Positions 38,607 through 51,105 are shown, counted from the first letter of the whole stretch. The stretch is DNA of 63,922 bases, filler included, from Octopus bimaculoides (GCF_001194135.2; 4 parts of 4 records of this genome joined end to end with filler, not necessarily neighbours in it), one strand, 5' to 3'. Numbers and translations are program-made. The notes: generated from the letters alone by a model not told the origin.

Positions 38607-40095
38607 TTTGCAAAATGTAGCAAAGGAAAATACGATTTTACAATTTTCATTGGTATCACAAAAGAATAAAAATTGCTCCAGGTAGGATTCGAAACCAAGT
38701 TGTAATAATGACTTGTGAAAGAGACCGGTGGTTCCCGGTCGTAATTTATTTTGATACTGGTGGATTAGGGTCTGAGGAGGAATGGACACCATTTCTCAAT
38801 GTCCCCAGCTAATTATGATCAAAAACCAAAATCGTTAAATACGATGCTCGTTGTCAGCCATTATATTTTAATACAAAAATTAAATTTTCAACTATTAATT
38901 TTCTTTTCCTTTTTTTTAATGCAATTAGGATGGCATGCACAGCCGTTAATTAACTTTACTAAACTGGTTATTAAGAAATCACCTTAACCAGGAAAAGAAA
39001 CCGTGTCGCAGATTTGGTTTGTTGAATCATTACCTTTACGCTACTCAATTCTACAATTCACATATTAAACAAATTGCTGATAGTGTTGCTGTTGTTGTTG
39101 TCATCGTCGTTACGATGCAAATAGTCTCACTAAAATGTTAAGTCAGGGAAGTTGGCAGTTTTGTCAAGCGGAGATAAATATCAAATCCGGTTTCAATCCC
39201 TGGCGGCAGTTGTTTAGGTGATTAGTGAAACGAAAACATCTGCCCGAAATCTCCCCGGAAGATTATTATTATTATTATTAGTATTATTGTTATTTTATGT
39301 TTGTTCTTGACAGACGAGAATATCCAGTATGCAGCAGGTGCATTTGGTGGAGGTAGATAGATAGATAGGGAAAGAGAGAGGAGGCGAAAAGAGGGGAGGG
39401 AAGATGCAGTATGAGGGAGAGAAAGGTGAGGAACGAAGAGCAATATGGCGGCAGTGAAGTAAAGACGAGAGAAAGGAGAGAGAGGGAGGGAGGGAAGAGA
39501 GGGAGAGATTTACACGCTGCTTTCTGTCAAGACCAGTGAACAGCAAAGAATAATGTCTTGAGGCAGTTCTGTTGTCTACGAGACTCATTAGAACGTTGAT
39601 GGTCACAACTCTGGGAGAAAACACTTCGATTCGCTGGAAAGGAAGAGTTTTGCGAAGNNNNNNNNNNNNNNNNNNNNNNNNNNNNNNNNNNNNNNNNNNN
39701 NNNNNNNNNNNNNNNNNNNNNNNNNNNNNNNNNNNNNNNNNNNNNNNNNNNNNNNNNNNNNNNNNNNNNNNNNNNNNNNNNNNNNNNNNNNNNNNNNNNN
39801 NNNNNNNNNNNNNNNNNNNNNNCGGAGGCTGCACAAGAGACGGTGGTGACGGCACCAGGAGTGGTGCGGACGACTGTATGGCGGTGTTGTGATAGGAAAC
39901 GTCAGGAAAAGAGCAAACACCTCATCAAACGATAACAGTGGAGAATGAGACGGGGAGAGAGAGAGATGGAGAGAGAGGGGGGAGAGAGAGAGAGGGAGGA
40001 AGAGAGACGAGTGGCAGGTAATTGTTACAGCAACGGTAATGTAAGGTGATGGTTAGGTATAGATTCTTATGGAGATTACACCCACTTCGCTTAGA

Positions 40096-40179
<84 letters not shown>
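40096..40179. repeat. Inverted compound microsatellite (ATCT)13(AGAT)8
   Basis: The repeat strand switches at TCTAGA (40145-40150), giving a spacerless 64 bp palindrome at 40116-40179. Confidence 0.9.
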
Positions 40180-40724
40180 TCATGTGGTATGAGTGGTGCA
40201 ACGGTAGAATGTTCGGCTGGTTAGAATTTAGAACTCGAAGCAAGACGTCTATATCTAGATAAAATAAGCACATATCATATACACATGTGTGTTTGTGTAT
40301 ACATACATACATACATACATACATACATACACAATACATTAATTAAGGTGAGAGAGCTTCGGTGAATATAAATCTGATTTAGAATTAACTTACACAAGGA
40401 CACACACATGCNNNNNNNNNNNNNNNNNNNNNNNNNNNNNNNNNNNNNNNNNNNNTTAATTAATTAANNNNNNNNNNNNNNNNNNNNNNNNNNNNNNNNN
40501 NNNNNNNNNNNGTATGTGTGTGTATGTGTGTGTGTAAAAATATGTGACACTTATTCAGTAGCCATGATAAAACTCTGAGTTTCGGATGCCAGGGTGGGAG
40601 CCCACGCCAAGATCTCTCCAGTTATCTGGCCATTGAAAATTCCTGTGAAAAATGACCGTTAAAAACAAAGGGAAATTATTGTGTAGTGACAAGATCAAAA
40701 CGCGTCTAAAACTGCGTATATTAT

Positions 40725-40825
40725 CGCACGCACGCATATATCCATATACGCACGCACATATTTCTATATACGCACGCATATATCTACATACGCACGCATA
40801 TATCTACATACGCACGCATCTACGA
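40725..40825 (+). repeat. ~20 bp tandem repeat
   Basis: tacgcacgcatatatctaca-like units, about 5 copies. Confidence 0.75.
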
Positions 40826-41087
40826 GCACACTCACAACCGCACACATATAAAGTTCCTTGTACGTGTCTATAGGCGTACAGGAAAAAACAGGGTGGAGGG
40901 GAGAAAACAGAAAAATATGTGTGGAAAAAATACAAAAACATTAACCCTATAATTATGTAAAAAAAACATAAAAATAATTAAAAATATTAAAAAATATAAA
41001 GACATAAAATCCAAGTAAAAAAGGTGTAAAGCTTATACATAGGCACAATATAGAAACCTATCAGTACAGTCCCATCAGCAGGTCCTA

Positions 41088-41322
41088 CACAGCACTTATA
41101 AAATAAATATTCACTTTTATTTTTCCACTTCTTCCATAAATAAACAAACAAAAAAAATATCCTGTACATATGATACAGCCTTTAGTTAAATTCCATATGC
41201 CTACCACGTAAATAAGCGTGAATATTTCACGGAATCATATGTACGTGATATTTTTCTTCTTTTTTTTTGTTTATGGAAGAAGTGGAAAAATAAGAGTGAA
41301 TATTTATTTTATAAGTGCTGTG
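41088..41322. mobile_element. TA-flanked MITE with ~88 bp TIRs (Tc1/mariner-type)
   Basis: Arms 41086-41174 and 41234-41324 are near-perfect reverse complements (tacacagcacttataaaataaatattcact...). TA at both ends; ~59 bp spacer. Confidence 0.8.
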
Positions 41323-41523
41323 TATTATGTCTATAAAATTGCGCATAAAGTATATAAAGTGTGTATATTAAGTGCATTAAGTAACCATCGTATTCCAATT
41401 TCTTTCACTTTTCAATGAGTAGCAGATGAGTGACTATCTTTCGATACAGACACAACACAGGCTACGATTTCAAGTTTTTTGGATAAAGTTTTCAGAAATA
41501 ACCCAATAGGTTTACCATTAATT

Positions 41524-41550
41524 CCGTGAAATGTTCACGGGTCCCGCTAG
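41524..41550 (+). mobile_element. Helitron-like 3' terminus
   Basis: Hairpin ccgtgaa(atg)ttcacgg, then gtcccg, CTAG and a host T. This matches the canonical hairpin-plus-CTRR end. 5' end not located. Confidence 0.45.
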
Positions 41551-42670
41551 TAAAATATAATATACCTGTTACCTAAAACATCCATCCGTGGAAACATTTT
41601 CCATACATAACACTCCACACTACAACTAGATCGGCACTCCACTTCCCATCAATTGTCACATAATTTAGGACGGAAGTTTAAGAGGTTTCCTAATTAGATA
41701 AGTATCTAGAATTAGACAAAACAATGAAAAATAAAGCAGTTAATGTGATAAGACTGAAATTCTCCTGGTGCATTGTAAGCACAACACTACATACCAAGAC
41801 TTAAATTTCCAGCAGTACAACTTGGTGATTTAATTGTAGCCAAGTTATTAAGACGTTTGGCGTTAAGCAAGCTGTCAAGTTCGAATATTGTTCCCATAAT
41901 CCTCTAATTTGCTTTGTTATTCAGAACTAACTCGTATTTCGGTTAGTTCTCATTTTCCTTATTTCGGTAAATATTTATGTCATTGTACTTTTGTTTCATT
42001 TTGAAACATCTTTTGAGTGTTCTTTTTTCTTTTGCAACTGTTTCATTTTTATTTTTAGCTACATCTTTAGTTTTTCCACCCAATATTTTCTTTATTTTCA
42101 GTATCTTTAAGCTTATCAGGACTTTCATGCACTACTTATCGGTGAAATCACAAAATATTTCTATCAGCAGTCTATACTTTTCCTCATTGGCAGATGATAG
42201 AAAAAGGATATGGAGTGGGTTTTAGGACTAGCTTGCATAGAGATAAAATTTAAGACATTGAGGGAAGCTCAGCAGTCGGTCACGTCCGCTACCATGTGAA
42301 GTCTTCTGGTATTATATGTTTTGCTTCATGTAAAACAGATAAGTTTGAGTCATAGATAATAATCTGTGATTGAGGAAGGAAACCACATTGCGAGTGTGAG
42401 AGGGACAGAGATACCGGAATGGCATAGAAATAAACAAGTCTGTAGAACTAAACAATGAAGCAAGAAGGAAATACTTAGAATTCACAAACGTATGATAAAC
42501 ACTATATATGTGAACCAAACAAGCTTACTGAATTATTGTAAAGAGAAGAGATGGTTACCATAAATGAAGTTATCAGGCAACGTTTTAAACAGCAATTTAC
42601 GAATTTATTTTGTATTCCGTGGGTTTGTGTTATGTGTGTATATTGTTTAAACTTATATATATGTACATAC

Positions 42671-42736
<66 letters not shown>

Positions 42737-43752
42737 NNNNNNNNNNNNNNNNNNNNNNNNNNNNNNNNNNNNNNNNNNNNNNNNNNNNNNNNNNNNNNNN
42801 NNNNNNNNNNNNNNNNNNNNNNNNNNNNNNNNNNNNNNNNNNNNNNNNNNNNNNNNNNNNNNNNNNNNNNNNNNNNNNNNNNNNNNNNNNNNNNNNNNNN
42901 NNNNNNNNNNNNNNNNNNNNNNNNNNNNNNNNNNNNNNNNNNNNNNNNNNNNNNNNNNNNNNNNNNNNNNNNNNNNNNNNNNNNNNNNNNNNNNNNNNNN
43001 NNNNNNNNNNNNNNNNNNNNNNNNNNNNNNNNNNNNNNNNNNNNNNNNNNNNNNNNNNNNNNNNNNNNNNNNNNNNNNNNNNNNNNNNNNNNNNNNNNNN
43101 NNNNNNNNNNNNNNNNNNNNNNNNNNNNNNNNNNNNNNNNNNNNNNNNNNNNNNNNNNNNNNNNNNNNNNNNNNNNNNNNNNNNNNNNNNNNNNNNNNNN
43201 NNNNNNNNNNNNNNNNNNNNNNNNNNNNNNNNNNNNNNNNNNNNNNNNNNNNNNNNNNNNNNNNNNNNNNNNNNNNNNNNNNNNNNNNNNNNNNNNNNNN
43301 NNNNNNNNNNNNNNNNNNNNNNNNNNNNNNNNNNNNNNNNNNNNNNNNNNNNNNNNNNNNNNNNNNNNNNNNNNNNNNNNNNNNNNNNNNNNNNNNNNNN
43401 NNNNNNNNNNNNNNNNNNNNNNNNNNNNNNNNNNNNNNNNNNNNNNNNNNNNNNNNNNNNNNNNNNNNNNNNNNNNNNNNNNNNNNNNNNNNNNNNNNNN
43501 NNNNNNNNNNNNNNNNNNNNNNNNNNNNNNNNNNNNNNNNNNNNNNNNNNNNNNNNNNNNNNNNNNNNNNNNNNNNNNNNNNNNNNNNNNNNNNNNNNNN
43601 NNNNNNNNNNNNNNNNNNNNNNNNNNNNNNNNNNNNNNNNNNNNNNNNNNNNNNNNNNNNNNNNNNNNNNNNNNNNNNNNNNNNNNNNNNNNNNNNNNNN
43701 NNNNNNNNNNNNGGGATAAGCAACTTAGATCAATATATAAAGTTTTATATAA

Positions 43753-43983
43753 GGCGGTGAGTTGGCAGAATCGTTAGCACGCCGGGCGAAATGCTTAGCG
43801 GTATTTCGTCTGTCTTTACGTTCTGAGTTTAAATTCCACCGAGGTCGACTTTGCCTTTCATCCTTTCGGGGTCGACAAAATAAGTACTAGTTACGCAATG
43901 AGGTCGATGTAATCGACTTAATCCCTTTGTCTGTCCTTGTTTGCCCCCTCTATGTTTAGTCCCCTGTGGGCAATAAAGAAATT
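43753..43983 (+). mobile_element. SINE family C, tail type 2
   Basis: Same head and core as the 37551 copy. The core gcctttcatcctttcggggtcgacaaaataagtac is reminiscent of the Meta-SINE domain. Tail tttgtctgtccttgtttgccccctctatgtttag...caataaagaaat. Confidence 0.88.
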
Positions 43984-44564
43984 ACTATATAAAGTTTTAT
44001 TATATTAATACATGAAACGCAAAGCAATATATACAAAAATGTATATATGTTTACATGCAAAAAGTCTGACTTACACAGAATACAAATGAAATAGAAGATT
44101 AAAGGGGTTAAAGAAAAGTATTACAAATCCAACAGCTGTTTCTGGGGGCTTAGCAGTCCAAAATAATGTTTGTAGATTGATTCCATTATAGGATGAAAAG
44201 AACCTGTCTTCGGCAAAGAGAGCATACATTTGAGGTGCTAGAGGAAACAAGTTCAAAAATGGAATGATTTTGTGGAGCTAAATGTTTAGAGGGGGAGTTG
44301 GGGACGTAATTAGCTAGGGAATAGTGAGAGGAGAAAATAAATATCAAGAGTGAGGGGTTAATAATAGGGAGTTAAAGTAGTAGACACGGAAAGTAGGAGG
44401 ATGGGGAGGATATTGTAGGAAGTATGTGAATGGTAGTCTATTGTGTTAATTTGTATGAAGGTTATAGAGTTAATGGTTGAGATAGTGAGAAAGGAAATGG
44501 CCATTATTTGAGGGAAATAAGTTGGCTGGTTCAGTGGCTGAGGGAGATTATTAAGGTATACTAA

Positions 44565-44795
44565 GACGGCGAACTGGCAGAAACGTTAGCACGCCGGGCG
44601 AAATGCTTAGCAGTATTTCGTCTGCAGCTACGTTCTGAGTTCAAACTCCGCCGAGGTCGACTTTGCCTTTCATCCTTCCGGGGTCGATTAAATAAGTACC
44701 AGTTACGCACTGGAGTCGATATAATCGACTTAATCCATTTGTCTGTCCTTGTTTGTCCCCTCTGTGTGTAGCTCCTTGCGGGTAGTAAAGAAATA
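44565..44795 (+). mobile_element. SINE family C, tail type 2
   Basis: Near-identical structure to the 43753 copy. Tail tttgtctgtccttgtttgtcccctctgtgtgtag...gtaaagaaata. Confidence 0.88.
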
Positions 44796-45405
44796 ACTAA
44801 GGTATGTAGAGAGGTATGAGAGAAGATAGAGGGGTGGATAGAGTGGGAGTGAGCTGATAGTCAATGTAGCAGTGGTTAATGGGTCAGAGGGATTGGGTTG
44901 GTGCTGGAGGGGGAGTGCAATGGCATGTAGAATTGTATGAAATTGAATAGATGGAAGTGAATTGGGAGGGAGCAGAGGTTGACAGGTTAGTATCCAAAGG
45001 AGTGGGGTAGTATTAAGTACTTCTGGTAAGTAGGATAAATAAGAGGCTACTTGAAATGGTGGGGAGGCTATTAGGGAAGTGGAAAGTAGTGGTTTACAAG
45101 AATTTGGAAATCTCCTGTAATTTATATACAGCTGAAAGTTTCGATACACTATTCACTGCGAACAACTATTAAACAAAAAATAGAACTCTTCATGGAGATG
45201 TCAAATATGTCTGGAGAGTGAAGTGGTATTTCTCTTGTCAGGAGTCTGGAATTTATATGGGAGATGGTTAAATATGGTGAATCCTATATATACTCTGATG
45301 GCTGAGTGTTTTTGGCATTACATTTACAGACAATATTTTTGTTATATCTTCAGGGGTTTGAATATGTCGTCGCCAATAATATTATGACGTTGGAGTGCAG
45401 ATTGA

Positions 45406-45678
45406 TGTAGGAATAGTATTACCCAAATAAATATTGGATATGGTTATCTAAAATAACCTTTCGCAGAATTAATATGTTCGTGCAGAACGTACTCCGTACT
45501 ACGCAAAATATAGGCACGATATTAAACTAACAGTAATCCGATACAAAAGACCAACGCTGTCAACTGTTCGCTGTCAACTGCTGACTGTCAACTGCCGGCA
45601 GTTAACACAGTTTCGTTATTTTATTGAAATGTGTCAGTCTACTTTTGGTCACGTGGATGTGGTCAGGATCTTGCCACA
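45406..45678 (-). repeat. 3' LTR of the Gypsy element (273 bp)
   Basis: Homologous to 49013-49188 plus 51106-51199. On the minus strand it is preceded by the PPT aaaaaagggaga. Contains three ctgtcaact repeats. Confidence 0.88.
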
Positions 45679-45789
45679 ATATCTCCCTTTTTTGAGAATA
45701 AGCCTCCTATATCTTCCCAGTTTTTGAGAACTAAATTCCGTCCAGAGTTTTAATATCCCTTACGTTTAGGGTTTGATTCCAGTATTTTC

Positions 45790-48050
45790 GTTCTTTTCCT
45801 TTTTCTGTTACTTGAGCGTGTAATTTCAATTTGTTTGAGTGTTGGTACCTCAAATGTCTCGTATAATACTTCCATGGGAATTTCATCTCTTGTGACCGTT
45901 TCTGCCATACATCTTTATTTAAGTTGGTTTATATGTCTTTCATGTTCGAATATTTTTCCTTTTACCAGGAATAACATTTTTCAAATTTGTTTAATAATTA
46001 AACCGTACTCCCAGATTTCTTTACCATATGCTGAAGAATTTTGAAGTATATCTGTTGTTCGCCACTTTTCTTCCTTTACTCGGTATCAACTTATCAATGA
46101 AGGAGCTGACATTTCTAGCAAGCATTAATTCAAAAGTGACATTCCAGACGGAGTATTCAAATTAGGTGTTACTCGGTACACTCTTAGAAATTGTTGAAGT
46201 GCTAGGTAATCCATTAGTTCATTGTTCACCATTTTTAAGCCCTCTTAAAAGTATCAACAAAACGCCCCGCTTGATCATATGACCCAGGATGATGCGGCGG
46301 AGTGGTTACATGTTCGATAACGAACATTTTACAAAATTTTTTGAACTCGTCTGAAGTAAACTGGGTTTCATTATCAGACACAATGGTATTGGGAATACCA
46401 TATCTGGCGAACAATTCGTTTAAAAAGCTTACTGTAACCATAGATGTCGGCTTTTTACATTTATGCACTTCAGACCAATTTGAAAAACTGTCCACCACAA
46501 CGAATTAAGTGGACCTGTGTAATCAACACGCAGTCTGGACCATGGAATATCTGTTTTTGGCCACGGTTGCCATTTAGTGAGAGGTGCCTATGCAGCTAAG
46601 GCACAACCTCTGCATGCTTTCACTAACTCTTCAATCTCACAGTCCATTCTTGGCCAATACACAGAACATCTCATGAACGATTTCATTTTCGAAATCCCTG
46701 GGTGACTAATGTGAAATTCCTTTAATAATCGCTTCTGTACTGTGTATGGCACTACGACTTTTTGTGCGTACATTAACTCATTGTCACAAATCGAGAACAG
46801 GTTCGAATTTGTGTTCAACAAAACGTACATTTTTATCTCTCAGCATTTCTTTCGTTTTTTTTTTAATGAATTGATTGTTTTCCGATTTTAATTTTATATC
46901 TTGGAATGTAATTGGTAGTTCGTGTATGATATTAAACAAAACACTTTTAGTTTCATTTACCGCTAGCAACGCAGCAATCACAGTATCCTCCAACGGTTCA
47001 GTATTTTTCGAAATCAGTCTTGATAAACAATCAGCGTGTCGAAGTTTCTTAAGTGGTATAAACTCCATCTTAAAATCATAGTTTAGTAATATAGTACACC
47101 AGCGTTGCAACCTATTAGCAGTACGGGTAGAGATTCCTATCTTCGACCCATATATAGATAATAATGGACGATGATCAGTCTGTAATCGAAAATTTCTATC
47201 GTGTAAAAATCTATGAAATTTTTTGCGGCAAAAATAACCGCTAGAGCCTCTTTTTCAATTTGGCTATAATTTTTTGGCAGGTAGTAGCGAACGTGAGGCA
47301 TAAGCCACAGCCTTCATGCTACCATCTCTATATTTATGCAGCATTACTGCTCCGATACCGTGCCCAGGATCATCTGAGGTTACAACAATCTCCACTGCAG
47401 GATCGAAATGTGCTGCAGACAAATCAGATGTTAATATCTCTTTAATTTCGTCGAACGCCTGAAAATTTTCAGACCAATTCCACTTTACATCTCTTTTCAG
47501 TAGATTATTTAGTGGAGCTCTTACCTTATGCATATTTGGTATATAAATTTGATAATAGTTGGGAAGTCCCAAAAAAGCTTGTAGGGTAGATATATTTGTC
47601 GGAGAGGGAATATTTTAAATCGCATCAGCCCTCGACGGATCTGGTCGACGACCATTTTTTTAGTCAATGTTTTGTCCTAAATATTATATTTAATTTTAGA
47701 TAAGAAGAATTCACACTTCTCACTCAAAGTGAAGCCGTAATCTCTTATTTTTTCGAACACATATTTTACATGCCCGATATGCTGATCCTGGGATACACTT
47801 TTAATTGATATATCATCCAGGTAGGCCATCGCGTAGTCACACTCTGCAAGCATTACTTGTTGAAATATGGCCAGGCAATTTTCGATGTTTTCTGCAATGT
47901 AGGTTTCCCGTTTTTGTTTTCATGTGCTTTCATTAATTAAAGTAATGTCACTGACTGTATCTAACTGTAATTCTACATTTGTATTATTAATTTTCACATG
48001 CACAAATTTCCTTTGAGACACGTTCGTATTTCTTGTCACCGATAAACAGT
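45790..48050 (-). pseudogene. Gypsy pol (protease, partial RT, RNase H, integrase), frameshifted
   Basis: ORF-track pieces 47264-47572, 46784-47110, 46588-46830 and 46235-46498 are RNase H and integrase segments, including HPGISKMKS..RCSVYWPRMDCEIEELVKACRGC. Confidence 0.9.
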
Positions 48051-48249
48051 TTACATGATCTTTCTGTTGAACCGTTTTTTAGGTTTTATTTTTCGATTTT
48101 TATAAGGACAGTTGAATCTGTAATGTAATTCTCCACATCCAAAACATGGGTTAATTTTCTGCTTTTCATTACTTACTTTCGGTTGCACCGATTATATATG
48201 TGAGTTAATTTTTTGTTTTTCATTTCTAACTTTCAGTCACACAGACTTT

Positions 48250-48969
48250 ATATGGGAGAGTTTATTACTTCAATTTGTTCCGTATCATGCCTTAGGTTTA
48301 TTTTTCTCTGGCATTCCTCAGATAGTTCTTATAATGTTAGCTTCTGTCCTGTGCTAATTTAGTCAGAATTCGGTTACGAATTTCTGCGTCTTTCCTGCAC
48401 AAAAAAAAACAAAACATTTAAACGTGTCTGATATTAGTTCCTTAATTTTAAATTTCCTGCATTCCCTATCAACGATTCCACCGTATGTAATAAAATCGTC
48501 CTCATTTTTTTTTTTCATGCATTACCAACGCGTATTAAATAAAGCGCTTTTCTCGCTGAAAATATTTGAAAGGGTTTCAACGGTTTCTTTAAAACAGACT
48601 TCCCCAGTCTCTTCAATAATATATAATTGCAGTATTTTCCGTGCTTGGCTGGGGCCAAATTTCTCAACAAAAGTCAGGTTTTTGCCTAATCTTGCCAGTC
48701 CAAGTACTCTTCTTTAAAAATTTCCTCGTACCTTCTATAGTTTGCAGGAAAGGTAATACCCTCATCCGGGTTATATGTGAAATCACCGATGGAGTTTGTG
48801 ACCGTATCAGGAGTGAACGAATTCGATATATTTTCTTTGTATTGAATTGTAGTTGTATTAACAGTTGCCGTTGCTTTTACAATTCCACCAACTGCTGTTG
48901 TTGCTGCTGTTCTAGCTGCTTTAGCTGCTGTTTCTGTAACTCAATTACTGAAACCAGTAATTCTTCCAT
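48250..48969 (-). pseudogene. Gypsy gag remnant
   Basis: MEELLVSVIELQKQQLKQLEQQQQQ N-terminus directly after the LTR leader; later EDDFITYGGIVDRECRKFKIKEL. Confidence 0.65.
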
Positions 48970-49188
48970 GTTCCAGCCAACAATCTATCCAGTCTGAGTT
49001 CGAATATCCTCGTGTAGGAATAGTATTACCCAAATAAATATTAGATATGATTATCTAGAATAACCTTTCGCAGAATGAATATGTTCATGCAGAATGTACT
49101 CCGTACTATGCTAAACCTAAGTACGATCTTAAACTAACACAGTAATCTAATATAAACGATCCACTCTGTCAACTACTGACTGTCAACT

Positions 49189-51105
49189 ATTTTCTTTATT
49201 TAAGCACTCAGGCTTTTTACACAGAGGAGACAGCATAAGGACAGACAGAACGCCACAGTGGGGACAAAAGACGCAAAAAGAATGAAAATGAGAAAAATGT
49301 TATATAATAATGGAAAAATGAAATGGATGCATGATCCCTACTCTCATGCAGTACCATTTGAACATTTTTACGTACAGTTTATCATCTTTTCCTTTCCTTT
49401 GCTTTTTTCCATTAACATCGTTTTTGTCATCTCTTTAAAAAAAAAAAAACAATTTTACTAACTTTTTTTAATATCTCATACATGGTTCCAGTTCTCTTAA
49501 TTCCACCACAGGCGGCAGTTTGTCAAACTCCACCAAAACTCCCGGCGGATCAATGTCCCCTCCACCATTTCCTTTAACCTGTTATACCTATCTTTATCAA
49601 TTACAATAGCCTTCACATCTTCCGAGTAAATATCCATAGGCAACTTAACCCTTATAATAGATTTAAACTTCGTTATTTTTCTTTCAGTTGTTGTGCTCTT
49701 AGCGTTTGTAATGAAACTCCACCTGTGCTTTTTCGGCTTTCTCGCTTGTTTACCCTTTCCTTGCTCCACTCTTAGCGCCTTCTCTCTGTCTTTATCTTCC
49801 TCCATTTTCGTTAGTGTCGCTGTTTCACCTTCATGCTGCTGTTTTTCTACACCGCCTAAATCTTCCTCCACCACTTGCTACTGTCTCCTCTTGCTACTCC
49901 CCTTGCTACTGTCTACTCCTCCTCCCCTTGCTACTGTCTCCTCTTTCTCAAGCTCCTCCTCGAGCTCCTTCTCGAGCTCCTTCTCAAGCTCCTTCTCAAC
50001 CGCCTCCACAACTTCCTTATCTACTTTTTTCTTTTTCTGCCTCGCTGTCGGAGAGGTTACTCTTTCTTTACTTTTTCGTTTTTTAACTACTGTGAATGCT
50101 TCCTCTGTTATTACCGTCTCTTTCACATCATCCTGTATCACTTCGTCCACCCTCTCCTGCTCCTCAGACTGTTTCATCTGTTGTTCCTCCTTTTCTCTCT
50201 AGGGGCACCTCGCCTTCATATGGCCTTTCTCTCCACATAGGTAGCACTCTCAGCCTCACATCCTCGGGTAAAATTATTTCCTCTGCAATGTTGTTTAGGT
50301 CACTTAAACTTGCTTGTATGGCCATCTTTATGCCATAACCCCATCAATTCAACTAAAAGTTCTCGTCATTCTCAGTATTTTGCGTCTTCCTCCATATTAA
50401 ACATTATCGCTGCAACCAACCATGTTTCGTTTATTTCCGGTGGTACTTTTCTTACTCTCACCTTGGCAACACGCTTGCCACAGTATGTTGGCAAAAGTAC
50501 CCACTCATCCGTCTTTATGGCTACAGTGGAGTGCTTTATTGCTTCGTCTTCAGTTGTGAATCGCACCTCCACTGTGCTATACTTTCTTCCTCTTGTGATG
50601 AACGTGGCGAACTTTTTGACTTCTTTTAGGCACTCTTCAATGGCTTCGAAAATTTCGATTTCAATTTTTCGGGATGACACCTTCAGTGTTTTGTATATCA
50701 CTGTTCTCTTTCTTACATTATTTGTTAGTTCATCTGGTGGCGTTAATTTTAGGTTATGGCTTTCTTTTTCCAGTAACTTTTCGCTTTCTTTTAGCTTCTT
50801 CGGTTCTACCTTTACTTCACGAACCTCCGAACCTCCAAAGCATCCGAGTCCACTTCTCTGCCAGTTGCTGCTGCATAACTGTGGTCTTCTGCTGGTCCAA
50901 TTTCCATTTTTCTTCTCTTCTCAGGTTCTCCACTAAATGGGAAGAAAACAAAGACAAATCAACAAACTCGTATGTAAAAAACAGCAATTTCAACAATCAA
51001 CAATTGTAGGTACAGCCACGAGGGGAGACCCTCAACAAATAATTAACAATGTGACTCACGTCTAACAGGGATCAAAGATGATGAAACGGAATAGAAAAAC
51101 GGTGG
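49189..51105 (-). mobile_element. ORF1-only non-LTR retroelement (HAL1-like, L1/Tx1-related)
   Basis: ~200 bp 5' UTR, broken ORF1, ~300 bp 3' UTR ending AATAAAGAAAAT, 9 bp TSD, and no endonuclease or RT sequence. Confidence 0.75.
49497..50907 (-). pseudogene. Frameshifted ORF1 (RNA-binding-like region, CCHC zinc knuckle, K/E-rich C-terminus)
   Basis: ATG at 50907; RGRKYSTVEVRFTTEDEA...LLPTYCGKRVAKVRV; CYLCGEKGHMKARC (CX2CX4HX4C) at 50246-50205; K/E-rich tail in ORF-track pieces 49878-50177 and 49497-49874. Confidence 0.8.

Noticed and set aside
44120-44220. Further hammerhead remnants (also 17360-17390, 51525-51575 and 54765-54810)
   Set aside because: They keep GAAAC-AGCT-GT or CTGAAGA pieces, but stem I or the core cannot be formed, so they are too decayed to call.
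45364-45375. PBS-like TGGCGACGAC on the minus strand just beyond the 3' LTR
   Set aside because: It is ~30 bp from the LTR end and has no LTR directly upstream; probably chance or an unrelated remnant.
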